A DNA stretch of 64,000 nucleotides. Origin: Deltaproteobacteria bacterium. Its GTDB lineage: Bacteria > Myxococcota_A > UBA9160 > UBA6930. Location: positions 23,965 to 87,964 of the forward strand of contig JAJDAQ010000061.1 in NCBI GenBank assembly GCA_029261815.1. The letters run 5' to 3'. The translations under genes and the position numbers were made by a program. The notes beneath the pieces were generated by a model, which was given only the letters and a program-made list of their open reading frames with translations, had not been told where the DNA came from and did no database searches. Within the stretch, counting starts at the first letter, position 1. Each line of letters opens with the position of its first letter. Below are positions 50,981 to 59,684 of this stretch, one piece after another.

Positions 50981-51226
50981 CTAGAGCTTCTGGCCGATGA
51001 GCGTCACGCAGTCGCCGATCGTGTTCACCGTGTCGACGTCTTCGTCTGCGATCTCGATGTCGAACTCGTCCTCGAAGGCCAGCACGACGTCGACCAGACG
51101 GGCCGAATTCACCTTCAGGTCTTCGAGCAGGTTCGTTGTCGGGCTCACGGACGCGAGCGCCTCTTGATCCTTCACGTAGGGCGTCAGGATCTTGACGACT
51201 CGTTCCTGGATTTCGGTGGTTTCCAT
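50981..51226 (-). CDS. Acyl carrier protein (NSAR motif)
   Basis: DLKVNSARLVDVVLAFEDEFDIEI; GAGGAG RBS. Confidence 0.92.
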   Translation of the reverse strand: METTEIQERVVKILTPYVKDQEALASVSPTTNLLEDLKVNSARLVDVVLAFEDEFDIEIADEDVDTVNTIGDCVTLIGQKL

Positions 51227-51308
51227 GGGTTCTCCTCTTCGAATATCGATGGCTTGAATACGGTTGGAATGAATGGGCGCGCTGCGAGAGGCACGACGAC
51301 CGGGTCGC

Positions 51309-52586
51309 CTAACCTTCCCACTTGCGGAGCAGAAGGGACGCGTTGACATCGCCGAAGCCGAAACCGGCTTTCATGATCACCTTGAGGTCCGGAATTTCGC
51401 GCATCTCGCTGGCGATCGATGCGGCGTGCGGCTCGATCTCGGGATGCACGTCCTCGCAGTTCAGCGACGGATGCACGAAACCTCCGTCGAGCATCAGGAC
51501 GGCTGCCACGGATTCGATCGCCCCGGCGGCGCCCAGGGTGTGCCCGATCATCGACTTCGTCGACGTGATGACCGGTAGCGCCCCGGGTTCGCGACCCAGC
51601 GCCTTCGCCCAACTCCCCACTTCGCGGGGGTCGGCCCCAGTCGCGGTCAGGTGCCCGCTGATGGCCTGCACCTCTGCGGGGTCGACTCCGGCCTCTTCGA
51701 TGGCGAGGCCGATGCAGCGACGAACCGCTTCGGGATTGGGCGCCGTCATGCTGCCGCCCATCCGGTGGCCCCCGCAGTTCACGCCGGTCCCCAGGACCTC
51801 GGCGTAGATCCGTGCGCCGCGGTCCTGTGCACTCTCGAGGCTCTCGACCAGGACCGCGCCGGCGCCGGCTCCCGGGACGAAACCTCCAGCCGTGGCGCTC
51901 ATGGGCCGCGATGCGCGTTCGGGCTCTTCGTTGAACTTGCGGCACATCACGCGCATCGAATCGAATCCTGCCCAGTTGTAGATACTGGGGACCTCGGCGC
52001 CGCCGCAGATCATGCGCTCCGCCTTGCCGGCACGAATCCGTGCTGCGCCGTCGACGATGGCTTCGACTCCGGTCGCGCAAGCGCTCGAATTCGTCGTGAC
52101 CTGGTTCCCGAGCGCGAAGAGGCCGGACAATCGCGCCGAAACGCCACTGGCCATGACCTGCTCCACCGCGGTAGATCCGAGACGACGCACCTTCTTGGCG
52201 TTGACCAGCGGGACGACGCGCTCGGCGATCGTATCCATGCCCCCGATTCCGGTCCCCATGATCGCGCCGGTTTCCCAATGGACGGTGTCGTCCGCCGCAT
52301 CGGGTTTCTCCAGACCGGCATCGAGCCAGGCCTCGAGCGTCGCCAACGACGCATAACGATGGATCGCGTTCATCGCGAGAAGCACTTCATCGTCGAATGC
52401 GGCTTCAGCGAGTGCATCCACGCCCTGCGGAACACCGGCGACCGTGCATCCGAATCCATGCTCGGCCATCTCTTCGACGTGGCGGATTCCGCTCTTGCCC
52501 TTCCGCAACGCTTGGCCGAACTCGGCCAGACCGTTCCCGTTCGGGGAAATGACACCCAGGCCCGTGATGACTACGCGGCGACTCAT
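51309..52586 (-). CDS. Beta-ketoacyl-ACP synthase II family
   Basis: SSACATG, GHLTAT, KSMIGHTLGAAG, GFGFG. Confidence 0.93.
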   Translation of the reverse strand: MSRRVVITGLGVISPNGNGLAEFGQALRKGKSGIRHVEEMAEHGFGCTVAGVPQGVDALAEAAFDDEVLLAMNAIHRYASLATLEAWLDAGLEKPDAADDTVHWETGAIMGTGIGGMDTIAERVVPLVNAKKVRRLGSTAVEQVMASGVSARLSGLFALGNQVTTNSSACATGVEAIVDGAARIRAGKAERMICGGAEVPSIYNWAGFDSMRVMCRKFNEEPERASRPMSATAGGFVPGAGAGAVLVESLESAQDRGARIYAEVLGTGVNCGGHRMGGSMTAPNPEAVRRCIGLAIEEAGVDPAEVQAISGHLTATGADPREVGSWAKALGREPGALPVITSTKSMIGHTLGAAGAIESVAAVLMLDGGFVHPSLNCEDVHPEIEPHAASIASEMREIPDLKVIMKAGFGFGDVNASLLLRKWEG

Positions 52587-53044
52587 ACCGTGACTCCGAT
52601 GCCGGCGAGCGTTCCGCTGCAGACGACCGTTCCGTCTTCGGTCTTCATCTCGGAAGCAATCTTGAGCTTCCGTCGCCGGTAGAAGACCCGCTGCGATTCA
52701 ACCGTGACCGTATCTCCCGGATAGACGGAGCGGTTGAACTCGATCTCGGCCTCCGTGAAGAAGGTCGTGATCTTCTCCGCCTCGTCCGCGTGGTCGCGGT
52801 AGCTGAAGAAGATGCCGAGCGGCACGACGCCGCACTGTGCCATGCATTCGATCAGCAGGACGCCGGGTGTCACCGGGTTCCCGGGGAAGTGCCCGCGATA
52901 GCATTCGAGCGCCGGATTCCAGGTGTACCGCCCGACGACGCGCTCGTCACTGAGCTCGAGGATCTCGTCAACAAAGCGAAACGGGTCCTGCTGCGGGATC
53001 AGCGGCAGGATCTCTTCGCGTGTGAGGATGCGGCTATCCGCCAT
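52583..53044 (-). CDS. 3-hydroxyacyl-ACP dehydratase (FabZ/FabA hotdog)
   Basis: PFRFVD, GHFPGNPVTPGVLLIECMAQ. Confidence 0.92.
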   Translation of the reverse strand: MADSRILTREEILPLIPQQDPFRFVDEILELSDERVVGRYTWNPALECYRGHFPGNPVTPGVLLIECMAQCGVVPLGIFFSYRDHADEAEKITTFFTEAEIEFNRSVYPGDTVTVESQRVFYRRRKLKIASEMKTEDGTVVCSGTLAGIGVTV

Positions 53045-53762
53045 ACATTCCTCCGTTGACGTGGATCACGGTTCCATTGACGTAGCTCGCACGCGTCGCA
53101 AGCCAGGACACAGCGTCGGCGATCTCTGCCGCGGCGCCCATTCGTCCGAGCGGAATACGGGACAGGATGCCCTCACGCACTGCCTCGGGGAGTTCCTCGG
53201 TCATCTCGGTGTCGATGAATCCCGGTGCGACCGAGTTCACCAGGATCGCGCGGCCGGCCATCTCCTGCGACAACGAACGCGTCATCGCATCGAGTCCAGC
53301 CTTCGCCATCGTGTACGGGACCTGCCCGGGGTTCCCGGTATGCCCGACGACGCTCGTAATGTTGATGATGCGCCCCGACTTCTGGCGAAGCATGAACCGA
53401 CGCAGCGCGAGCTTCGTCAGGTACCACGTACCGCGTTCGACAGCGCGGACGGCGTCGTAGTCGTTGATGCTCATCGCGGGCGTCAAGCCGTTGACGTTGT
53501 ACCCGGCGTTGTTGACGAGAACGTCGAGCCTGCCGGCTTCGGCTTTGATCGTCTTGATCATCGCGTCGATGTCGTCGGTCTGGGCGATGTCGCCCTTCAC
53601 CAGGAACGCGTCGGGAAGCTTCTCCGCGACTTCGCGCGCACCGGCTTCGCTCGAGCGGTAATGCACGCCGATGCGGAAGCCCTCATCCGCGAGGCCCTTT
53701 GCGATGGCGGCGCCAATTCCGGTCCCGGCGCCGGTAACGAGTGCGACCGGCGTCTCGCTCAT
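53034..53762 (-). CDS. 3-oxoacyl-ACP reductase (FabG-like)
   Basis: TGAGTGIG, NNAG, YTMAK, PGFIDTEMT. Confidence 0.9.
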   Translation of the reverse strand: MSETPVALVTGAGTGIGAAIAKGLADEGFRIGVHYRSSEAGAREVAEKLPDAFLVKGDIAQTDDIDAMIKTIKAEAGRLDVLVNNAGYNVNGLTPAMSINDYDAVRAVERGTWYLTKLALRRFMLRQKSGRIINITSVVGHTGNPGQVPYTMAKAGLDAMTRSLSQEMAGRAILVNSVAPGFIDTEMTEELPEAVREGILSRIPLGRMGAAAEIADAVSWLATRASYVNGTVIHVNGGMYGG

Positions 53763-54760
53763 TGTTCTTCTCCGAAGCGCACGAGTCCGTGCGCCCATGT
53801 CAGGCCCCCGCCCACGACCACGACCGCGACGTCGTCTCGGGGCGTGAACTTGTCCCACTGCATCGACAGGACAGACGGGGCGCTCGCGCCGCCGGTGTTG
53901 CCGCGAATATCCACATTGGCGTGGTGCCGCTCAGGCGGAATTCCGCAGCGCTTGCACACCTGATCGAGCACGCGGAGGTTCGCCTGATGACCGATGAAGT
54001 GGAGGTCGCGCGCATCACCGCCGTCGGCCGACAACTGGGCGACTTCTTCGTAGCCCTGACGGGTCTTTCGGATCGCGAACTTCTGGACGGCCGCGCCGTC
54101 TTGCGCGAAATAGCCGGTTCGTGGAATCACCACCTTGTGGGCACTCGCCGGGTCACTGGCCACCGAAGAGCCCAGGAAACGCGCACGCCCCGGTGTCCGG
54201 GTGGACACGATCGCGGCGGCGGCGCCGTCGCCAAACAACACGCAGCTTCCGCGGTCGTTGTAGTCGACGGTCGTCGTCAGGCCTTCGGTCGCCACGGTGA
54301 GTATGAACTCGGGTGTGCGCGCCGGGTCCATCATCGCCAAGTTCGCGAGCTGCGTCAGGAAGGTCGAGCATGCCGAGCTGATGTCGTAGGCGGGAACGTC
54401 GAGCCCCAGTTCGCCTGCAACGAAGCAGCCCTCGGCCGGTGTCGCCATCGTCGGTGACGAGGAACCACTGATCACGAGACCGATCTGCTCGGGCGCGATC
54501 CCGGCGCGCTCGATGGCGAGCCTGGCCGCCTCGGCACCCAGCTTGTACGTAGGCGTCTCGACCGCTTCCTGGGCTGCGCGCGTATCGACATTTCGCGTGT
54601 CCCGGATGTAGTCGAGAGGCAGCACGCTTCGGCGCGTACGAATCCCGACGCGATCGACGATCCACGAATCGCTGGTCCCGATGTCGAGCGACTCGAGAAA
54701 TGCGTTCGTGATCTCGGTCGCGGGATGCGCGTGGCCGACCGCGTGCAGGTGAAGACTCAC
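53759..54760 (-). CDS. Beta-ketoacyl-ACP synthase III (FabH-like)
   Basis: SACSTF, LFGDGA, HQAN, GNTG (Cys-His-Asn triad). Confidence 0.92.
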   Translation of the reverse strand: MSLHLHAVGHAHPATEITNAFLESLDIGTSDSWIVDRVGIRTRRSVLPLDYIRDTRNVDTRAAQEAVETPTYKLGAEAARLAIERAGIAPEQIGLVISGSSSPTMATPAEGCFVAGELGLDVPAYDISSACSTFLTQLANLAMMDPARTPEFILTVATEGLTTTVDYNDRGSCVLFGDGAAAAIVSTRTPGRARFLGSSVASDPASAHKVVIPRTGYFAQDGAAVQKFAIRKTRQGYEEVAQLSADGGDARDLHFIGHQANLRVLDQVCKRCGIPPERHHANVDIRGNTGGASAPSVLSMQWDKFTPRDDVAVVVVGGGLTWAHGLVRFGEEQ

Positions 54761-55701
54761 GCACTGCTCCCGGAAATATGCTCGCCACCGTCGATGCGAA
54801 TGATCTCGCCGTTGATCCACGCCGATTCGGGCAAGCACATCAGGTAGAGAACATTCGCAACGTCGGGCGGCGTGGTCAGCCGACCGTAGGGGTTGCGCAG
54901 GCGCGCATGCGCCTTGAGATGGTTTGCTCCCGGGATGGCTGCCAATGCCTGGGTCTCGGTCACACCGGGCTGGAGCACATTGCAGCGCACGCCGTACGGC
55001 GCAAACTCGGCCGCGATTGAACGCGCCACGGCTTCCAGCGCCACCTTCGCCGCCGAAACCGCCGCATAACCCTTCCACGCCAGGACGTTGCCCTCGCTGG
55101 TCAGGCCGAAGGTCCGTGCATCGGCCGCGAACAATCCCTTGCCGTGGATGTCCTGGACCCAGTCCAGCAAGCTCGTGCCCATCGTGTGGATGGTGCGTGC
55201 GACGTCACCAGCGTCCAGGTAGGAATACGCCGGATACTCGGGTTGCGACGAAATCTCGGCGACCTCGTCGAGGCCCTCCTCGAGGAGCGCATCGGCCGCT
55301 TCCACCAGCTTGCTTTCATCGATGCCCAGCTTGGCTGCGAGTTGCTTCGTCGCTGTACGTTCGCGGCGCTTCTCGGGAACGATCAGCTTGAGGTTCCCGA
55401 ACGCAATCGAATGAAGCAGGCACTTCACGCGGCCGGACTCGCCCATTTCGGACTGCAGTTCGGTCAACAGCTCGGCGCGCTTGTCGTCGGCAAGTGCGTC
55501 GGCGTTACGCGTCAGCACCTTCACGCCGGAACCCTTCAGCTTCTCGAACTCGGGCTCGATCCGCTTCATGGCGCCACGCCGGTCACGGTGGACGATGAAC
55601 AGGTTCATGCCGTGCGCGGCCAGCTTGTGGGCGCTCGCGAGGCCGAAGCCGCTCGAGCCACCCAAGATCAGGGCCCAGTCATCGCCCGTGAATGCACTCA
55701 A
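54757..55701 (-). CDS. FabL/FabI-like enoyl-ACP reductase (SDR)
   Basis: LILGGSSGFG, YAAVSAAK (Y-x6-K), TTPPDVA; TTG with AGGAGG RBS. Confidence 0.85.
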   Translation of the reverse strand: MSAFTGDDWALILGGSSGFGLASAHKLAAHGMNLFIVHRDRRGAMKRIEPEFEKLKGSGVKVLTRNADALADDKRAELLTELQSEMGESGRVKCLLHSIAFGNLKLIVPEKRRERTATKQLAAKLGIDESKLVEAADALLEEGLDEVAEISSQPEYPAYSYLDAGDVARTIHTMGTSLLDWVQDIHGKGLFAADARTFGLTSEGNVLAWKGYAAVSAAKVALEAVARSIAAEFAPYGVRCNVLQPGVTETQALAAIPGANHLKAHARLRNPYGRLTTPPDVANVLYLMCLPESAWINGEIIRIDGGEHISGSSA

Positions 55702-56088
55702 CGTGGATCCTCCTCGCCGACACGCGAAGACCACCCGCCTCCCGGTTCCACCGGGGCCAGATGCTTCCTCGTGCATGGGCTTTGCGGGGTTTCACCCCCT
55801 CCGCTTTTCAACCGAACGGGTGGAGCCCGGCCATTCCGGGTTGCCTGGACCCCAATTCCCCCGATCTGCGGACAGTGACCGGATGTGACTCCGAGTCATT
55901 TCCGCGATCGGGTTCAGGATCGCCCAAGCGCCGCGTCTGTCAACCCGCGTTGCCTGGCTCGAACAAGGCGCGTGCCGCGCCCCTCACCCGCGGGCAAGCA
56001 TCCCCCCAACCGGTGGGAGTGGCAAGGATTTCCTGGGATTGACACAGGACTTTGACACGCCGACGGCCCAGCCGCGCGTGGCCGGGCA

Positions 56089-56859
56089 CTAGCCCATCCA
56101 GGCGCCGTTGTTCGGGTCGAGGGCCTGGCCCGTGAAGGCCACGCCGGCTGGCGAGAGCAGGAAGGTCACGAGGCCGGCGATTTCCTCTGGCGCACTGATC
56201 CGTTGCAACGGCACGGCCGCAAGCTGTGCCGCCCGGGCGTCCTCGTACCCAAGACCCTCGTCAGCGCCGAGTTCGGTCATCCGCGCAACCGCCATGTCGG
56301 TCTCCACCCAGCCCGGGCAGATCGCGTTCACCAGGATGCCGCGCGCCGCCCATTCGGCGGCAAGCGACCGGACGAGGCCGAGCTGTCCGGCCTTCGCCGC
56401 GCTGTAGGCCGAGATCCCAGGCACGCCGAACCGGGCGACACATGAGGAAATGGCGATCGCGTGCTTGAAGCCACCGTCCGCCGCCGCGTGCCGTTCGAAC
56501 GCGCGAAAGCAAAAGTAACTGCCATCGAGGTTCGTTCGGACGATCTCGTCCCAGCGATCGTCCCCGTCGCCAAGGTCGTTGGGGCCGCCGACGCCGGCAT
56601 TGGCGACGACCGCGTGCAGGGGACCCTTGGCGCGGGCGACCTCGGCGAACCCTTGATCCACCGCGGCGCGATCTGCGACATCGACCGGGACCACGTGCGT
56701 CTCGCCCGGTGCTTCGGCCGCTACGGCTTCCAACGTCGCGCGCGTGCGACCCATCAAGGCCACGACTGCGCCGCGCGCCGACAGCTCCAGCGCGATCGCC
56801 CGACCGATCCCACTGCCAGCGCCGGTCACGACGGCAACGCGGTCGCTGAAGTCGGTCAT
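56089..56859 (-). CDS. Short-chain dehydrogenase/reductase
   Basis: TGAGSGIG, ANAG, YSAAK, CPGWVETDM. Confidence 0.92.
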   Translation of the reverse strand: MTDFSDRVAVVTGAGSGIGRAIALELSARGAVVALMGRTRATLEAVAAEAPGETHVVPVDVADRAAVDQGFAEVARAKGPLHAVVANAGVGGPNDLGDGDDRWDEIVRTNLDGSYFCFRAFERHAAADGGFKHAIAISSCVARFGVPGISAYSAAKAGQLGLVRSLAAEWAARGILVNAICPGWVETDMAVARMTELGADEGLGYEDARAAQLAAVPLQRISAPEEIAGLVTFLLSPAGVAFTGQALDPNNGAWMG

Positions 56860-59666
56860 GCATCCTCTCCGTTCGGGGGCTCGAGCGGCTCGATCCCGAC
56901 TTCGCGCAGCTTGTCCAGGAGATCTGCCGAGCGCGTCACGTGGACTTCGCAACCTGCCGGCAGCGCATCCGCCAGCCGTCGGAAATAGCGACGGTCCGGC
57001 CGACCCTCGACGAGGATCACGACGCCGCGGTCCTCCTCCGTTCGGATCAAGCGTCCCGACATCTGCTTGAGATTGAGCAACATCTTGCCCAGGCCGTAGC
57101 GGTTGAAGGCGTCGATCCCGCGCTCCTTCAAGCGCTGCTCGCGACGACGGCGCAACTCCGTCGGCACTTCGAACGGGAGCTTCTCGATCACGACCGCCTG
57201 AAGGGCATCGCCCGGGATATCGATCCCCTGCCAGAATCGCCGCGCGCCTAACAAAACTCCGGAACCGTTCACGAAGCGAGTCACGAGCGCCGAAGGATCG
57301 TCGCTCGCACGTCGAGGCGTGATGACGTCGATCCCTTCTACACGAAGCTTCGCATCGAGGTCGTCGGCGACTTCGTTCATGCGACGCAGACTCGTAAAGA
57401 GACCGAGCGTCCGTCCCCCGAGCGCGTTCGCCATCTTCTCGAGAACGTAGGAGGTCTCGGCGACGAGATCCTGACCGCCGCGCATCGCGATGACGCGCAT
57501 GTGGTTCGGGTAGTCGAACGGGCTCGGGACGATCAGCGTCTGCAGTCGCTCGCCGGCGCGGTCCTCGAGTCCCAGGTCACCGAACGCGGCAAAGGAGTCG
57601 CCTCCCACGAACAAGCTGGCGGAGACGCCGGCGAAAGAACGCATCCCCTCCATGAATCCAGCGTGGAACGGATCCGCCGGGGAGACCTGGCGAACCACGA
57701 GACGCCAGCGATCAAACGGCGCGGTGATGTTCTCGAACGATGCCACGGCGTCCGGCTCGTCTTCGGCGAACGCAAGGCGCAGGCCTTCCGCAGCGTCGCG
57801 CAGCTCCGAGGTTGCACGGTTCAGTGCGGGTTCGCCTTCATCGCCACCGGGTATCTGGCCCGCGATGTGGTCCAGCCGCTCGGCGACCATCTCGGCCGCG
57901 CGCGCTGCGGGCGCGAGCCCCCGATCTGACGGGTCCGCAATATGGACTTCGCCGAACTCGCCGGCGGCATCGGCCAATGCCCGGCCAACTGCCGTCAGAT
58001 CGAGCAACAACTCCCGGCGCCATGCACGGGAGTCCTTCTCCAGTTCCCGACGCTGTGCCGCGGGAAGGAGCGAGTCTCCTCGCTTTCGACCGGGTGCGGC
58101 CGGACGGCCGAAGATCTCGTCGAAACGATCGAGGACATCATCGGGTCTGACCGAAATCGCATAGACCTCGTCAGCGACGTCGGCGAGTTCATGGGCCTCG
58201 TCCACGATCGCGTGCTCGAAACTCGGATAGTCGGGCGGCCAGCGCAACAGGAGATCGTGATTGGCCACGATCAAGTGTGCGCTTGCGAGCGCAGCGCGAC
58301 GGCGGCCGAGCGGACAGGCGCGTTCCTTCGCACACTCTTCCCGGGAACAGTGCTCCGAACGCGACGCAACAGCGCGACGCAACAGACCGCGGAGCGGCGG
58401 ATAGCGACGCAAGAGTGCGCCCGGAACGCTTCCCACCTCGCCGTGGGGGCGAGTGTGTGCACACGCGTCGAGCACGGAGTAGGCGAGCTGATCCTCCGGG
58501 AACATGCTCGGGTCGTGCCCGTCCGCCAGGGCCGTGCGCAGCCGTCGCGCGCATGCGTAGTTGGCGCGTCCCTTGATGGACACTGCTCGCAGCTCCGGGT
58601 ACCCGAGGAACCGAGCAGCGGCCGCGATGTCCTTGTCCATCAATTGGTCTTGCAGGAGTTTGGTTCGCGTCGAGATTACGACGGGGATGACTTCGCCCGC
58701 GGCCTCGGCCTCCATCACGAAGGGAATCGCAGCCGCCAGATACGCGAGCGACTTCCCCACGCCGGTTCCGCCTTCTGCGAGCAGGACTTCTTCCCGGTCG
58801 AGGTTGCGCGCGAAGTGCCGCGCAAGTTCGACTTGTTCGTTCCGCACCCGATAGCCGGGGAAATGACGCTGTCCGCGGGCTTCATCTTCGAGTGCCGCTG
58901 CGATCGCGTCCTCGTGGAAGGGAACCGGCGTCTCTTCGGTGACACCGATCGGGGCCCAGGCCTCCGCCGGGGGCGGGACGCCGCGCCGCTTGCCACAGGC
59001 GAGCAGGCCGAGCCAGGGGTGATCCGGCGAGAAGTCCTCCAGGGCGCGACCGGCCGTCACATAACGAGCTTCGCCGTCCTGGGCGCCGGCACCCGCGATG
59101 GCCATGACGCGCGCGGTATCGAGGGCATCCTCCAGACCGCGGTGGTGCTCTTCGCTGTCGAGCATTGCCCGGGTGAAGGACTCGAGTCGCAGGTCGGGCG
59201 CATCCGGGTGCGTCAGCGCGAGCAAGTCGAGGGTGTCGAGGTAGGTGGCCTTCTCCAAGGTTTCGTCGACGTACGCCGCCAGGAAGGTTCGCTCGAACGA
59301 AGCATTGTGCGCGACGATCACGCGGCCGGTGAGCGCTGTGCGCACTTCCTCGAGGAGTTCATCGAGCGCAGGCGCGGCCCAGGCCTCACGATCTTCGATC
59401 CCCGTGAGCCGCTTGACCGCGCGCGGGATCGGGCCCGATGGACAGACCAGGCTCGACAGCGTCGTCATCCGCTCCGTGCCCGGGTCCACGAGCAGGATGC
59501 CGAACTCAAGGATCTCTGCGCCGTCGCTCGGCGAAAGCCCGGTCGTCTCGAGGTCGACTACGGCCAGCGGACCCAGCCGGTCAGCCAGACCCGACAGCAC
59601 GCCGGGGAGGATTCGGAAGTCGCCCGGCTCCCCATCGCGACGCTCGAGCATGGTGGGCCCAGACAT
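56856..59666 (-). CDS. DEDDh exonuclease-DinG helicase fusion
   Basis: DLETTG, HNASF, HRGLEDA; GTGVGKS, DEAH, Cys cluster, QMSGRLIR. Confidence 0.92.
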   Translation of the reverse strand: MSGPTMLERRDGEPGDFRILPGVLSGLADRLGPLAVVDLETTGLSPSDGAEILEFGILLVDPGTERMTTLSSLVCPSGPIPRAVKRLTGIEDREAWAAPALDELLEEVRTALTGRVIVAHNASFERTFLAAYVDETLEKATYLDTLDLLALTHPDAPDLRLESFTRAMLDSEEHHRGLEDALDTARVMAIAGAGAQDGEARYVTAGRALEDFSPDHPWLGLLACGKRRGVPPPAEAWAPIGVTEETPVPFHEDAIAAALEDEARGQRHFPGYRVRNEQVELARHFARNLDREEVLLAEGGTGVGKSLAYLAAAIPFVMEAEAAGEVIPVVISTRTKLLQDQLMDKDIAAAARFLGYPELRAVSIKGRANYACARRLRTALADGHDPSMFPEDQLAYSVLDACAHTRPHGEVGSVPGALLRRYPPLRGLLRRAVASRSEHCSREECAKERACPLGRRRAALASAHLIVANHDLLLRWPPDYPSFEHAIVDEAHELADVADEVYAISVRPDDVLDRFDEIFGRPAAPGRKRGDSLLPAAQRRELEKDSRAWRRELLLDLTAVGRALADAAGEFGEVHIADPSDRGLAPAARAAEMVAERLDHIAGQIPGGDEGEPALNRATSELRDAAEGLRLAFAEDEPDAVASFENITAPFDRWRLVVRQVSPADPFHAGFMEGMRSFAGVSASLFVGGDSFAAFGDLGLEDRAGERLQTLIVPSPFDYPNHMRVIAMRGGQDLVAETSYVLEKMANALGGRTLGLFTSLRRMNEVADDLDAKLRVEGIDVITPRRASDDPSALVTRFVNGSGVLLGARRFWQGIDIPGDALQAVVIEKLPFEVPTELRRRREQRLKERGIDAFNRYGLGKMLLNLKQMSGRLIRTEEDRGVVILVEGRPDRRYFRRLADALPAGCEVHVTRSADLLDKLREVGIEPLEPPNGEDA

Positions 59667-59684
59667 TCGCGTCTGCGTTCCACC

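Noticed and set aside
55740-55810. GAAA hairpin followed by GCAAAGCC resembling a c-di-GMP-I riboswitch
   Set aside because: Lacks the 5' GGCAAAC and tetraloop-receptor elements
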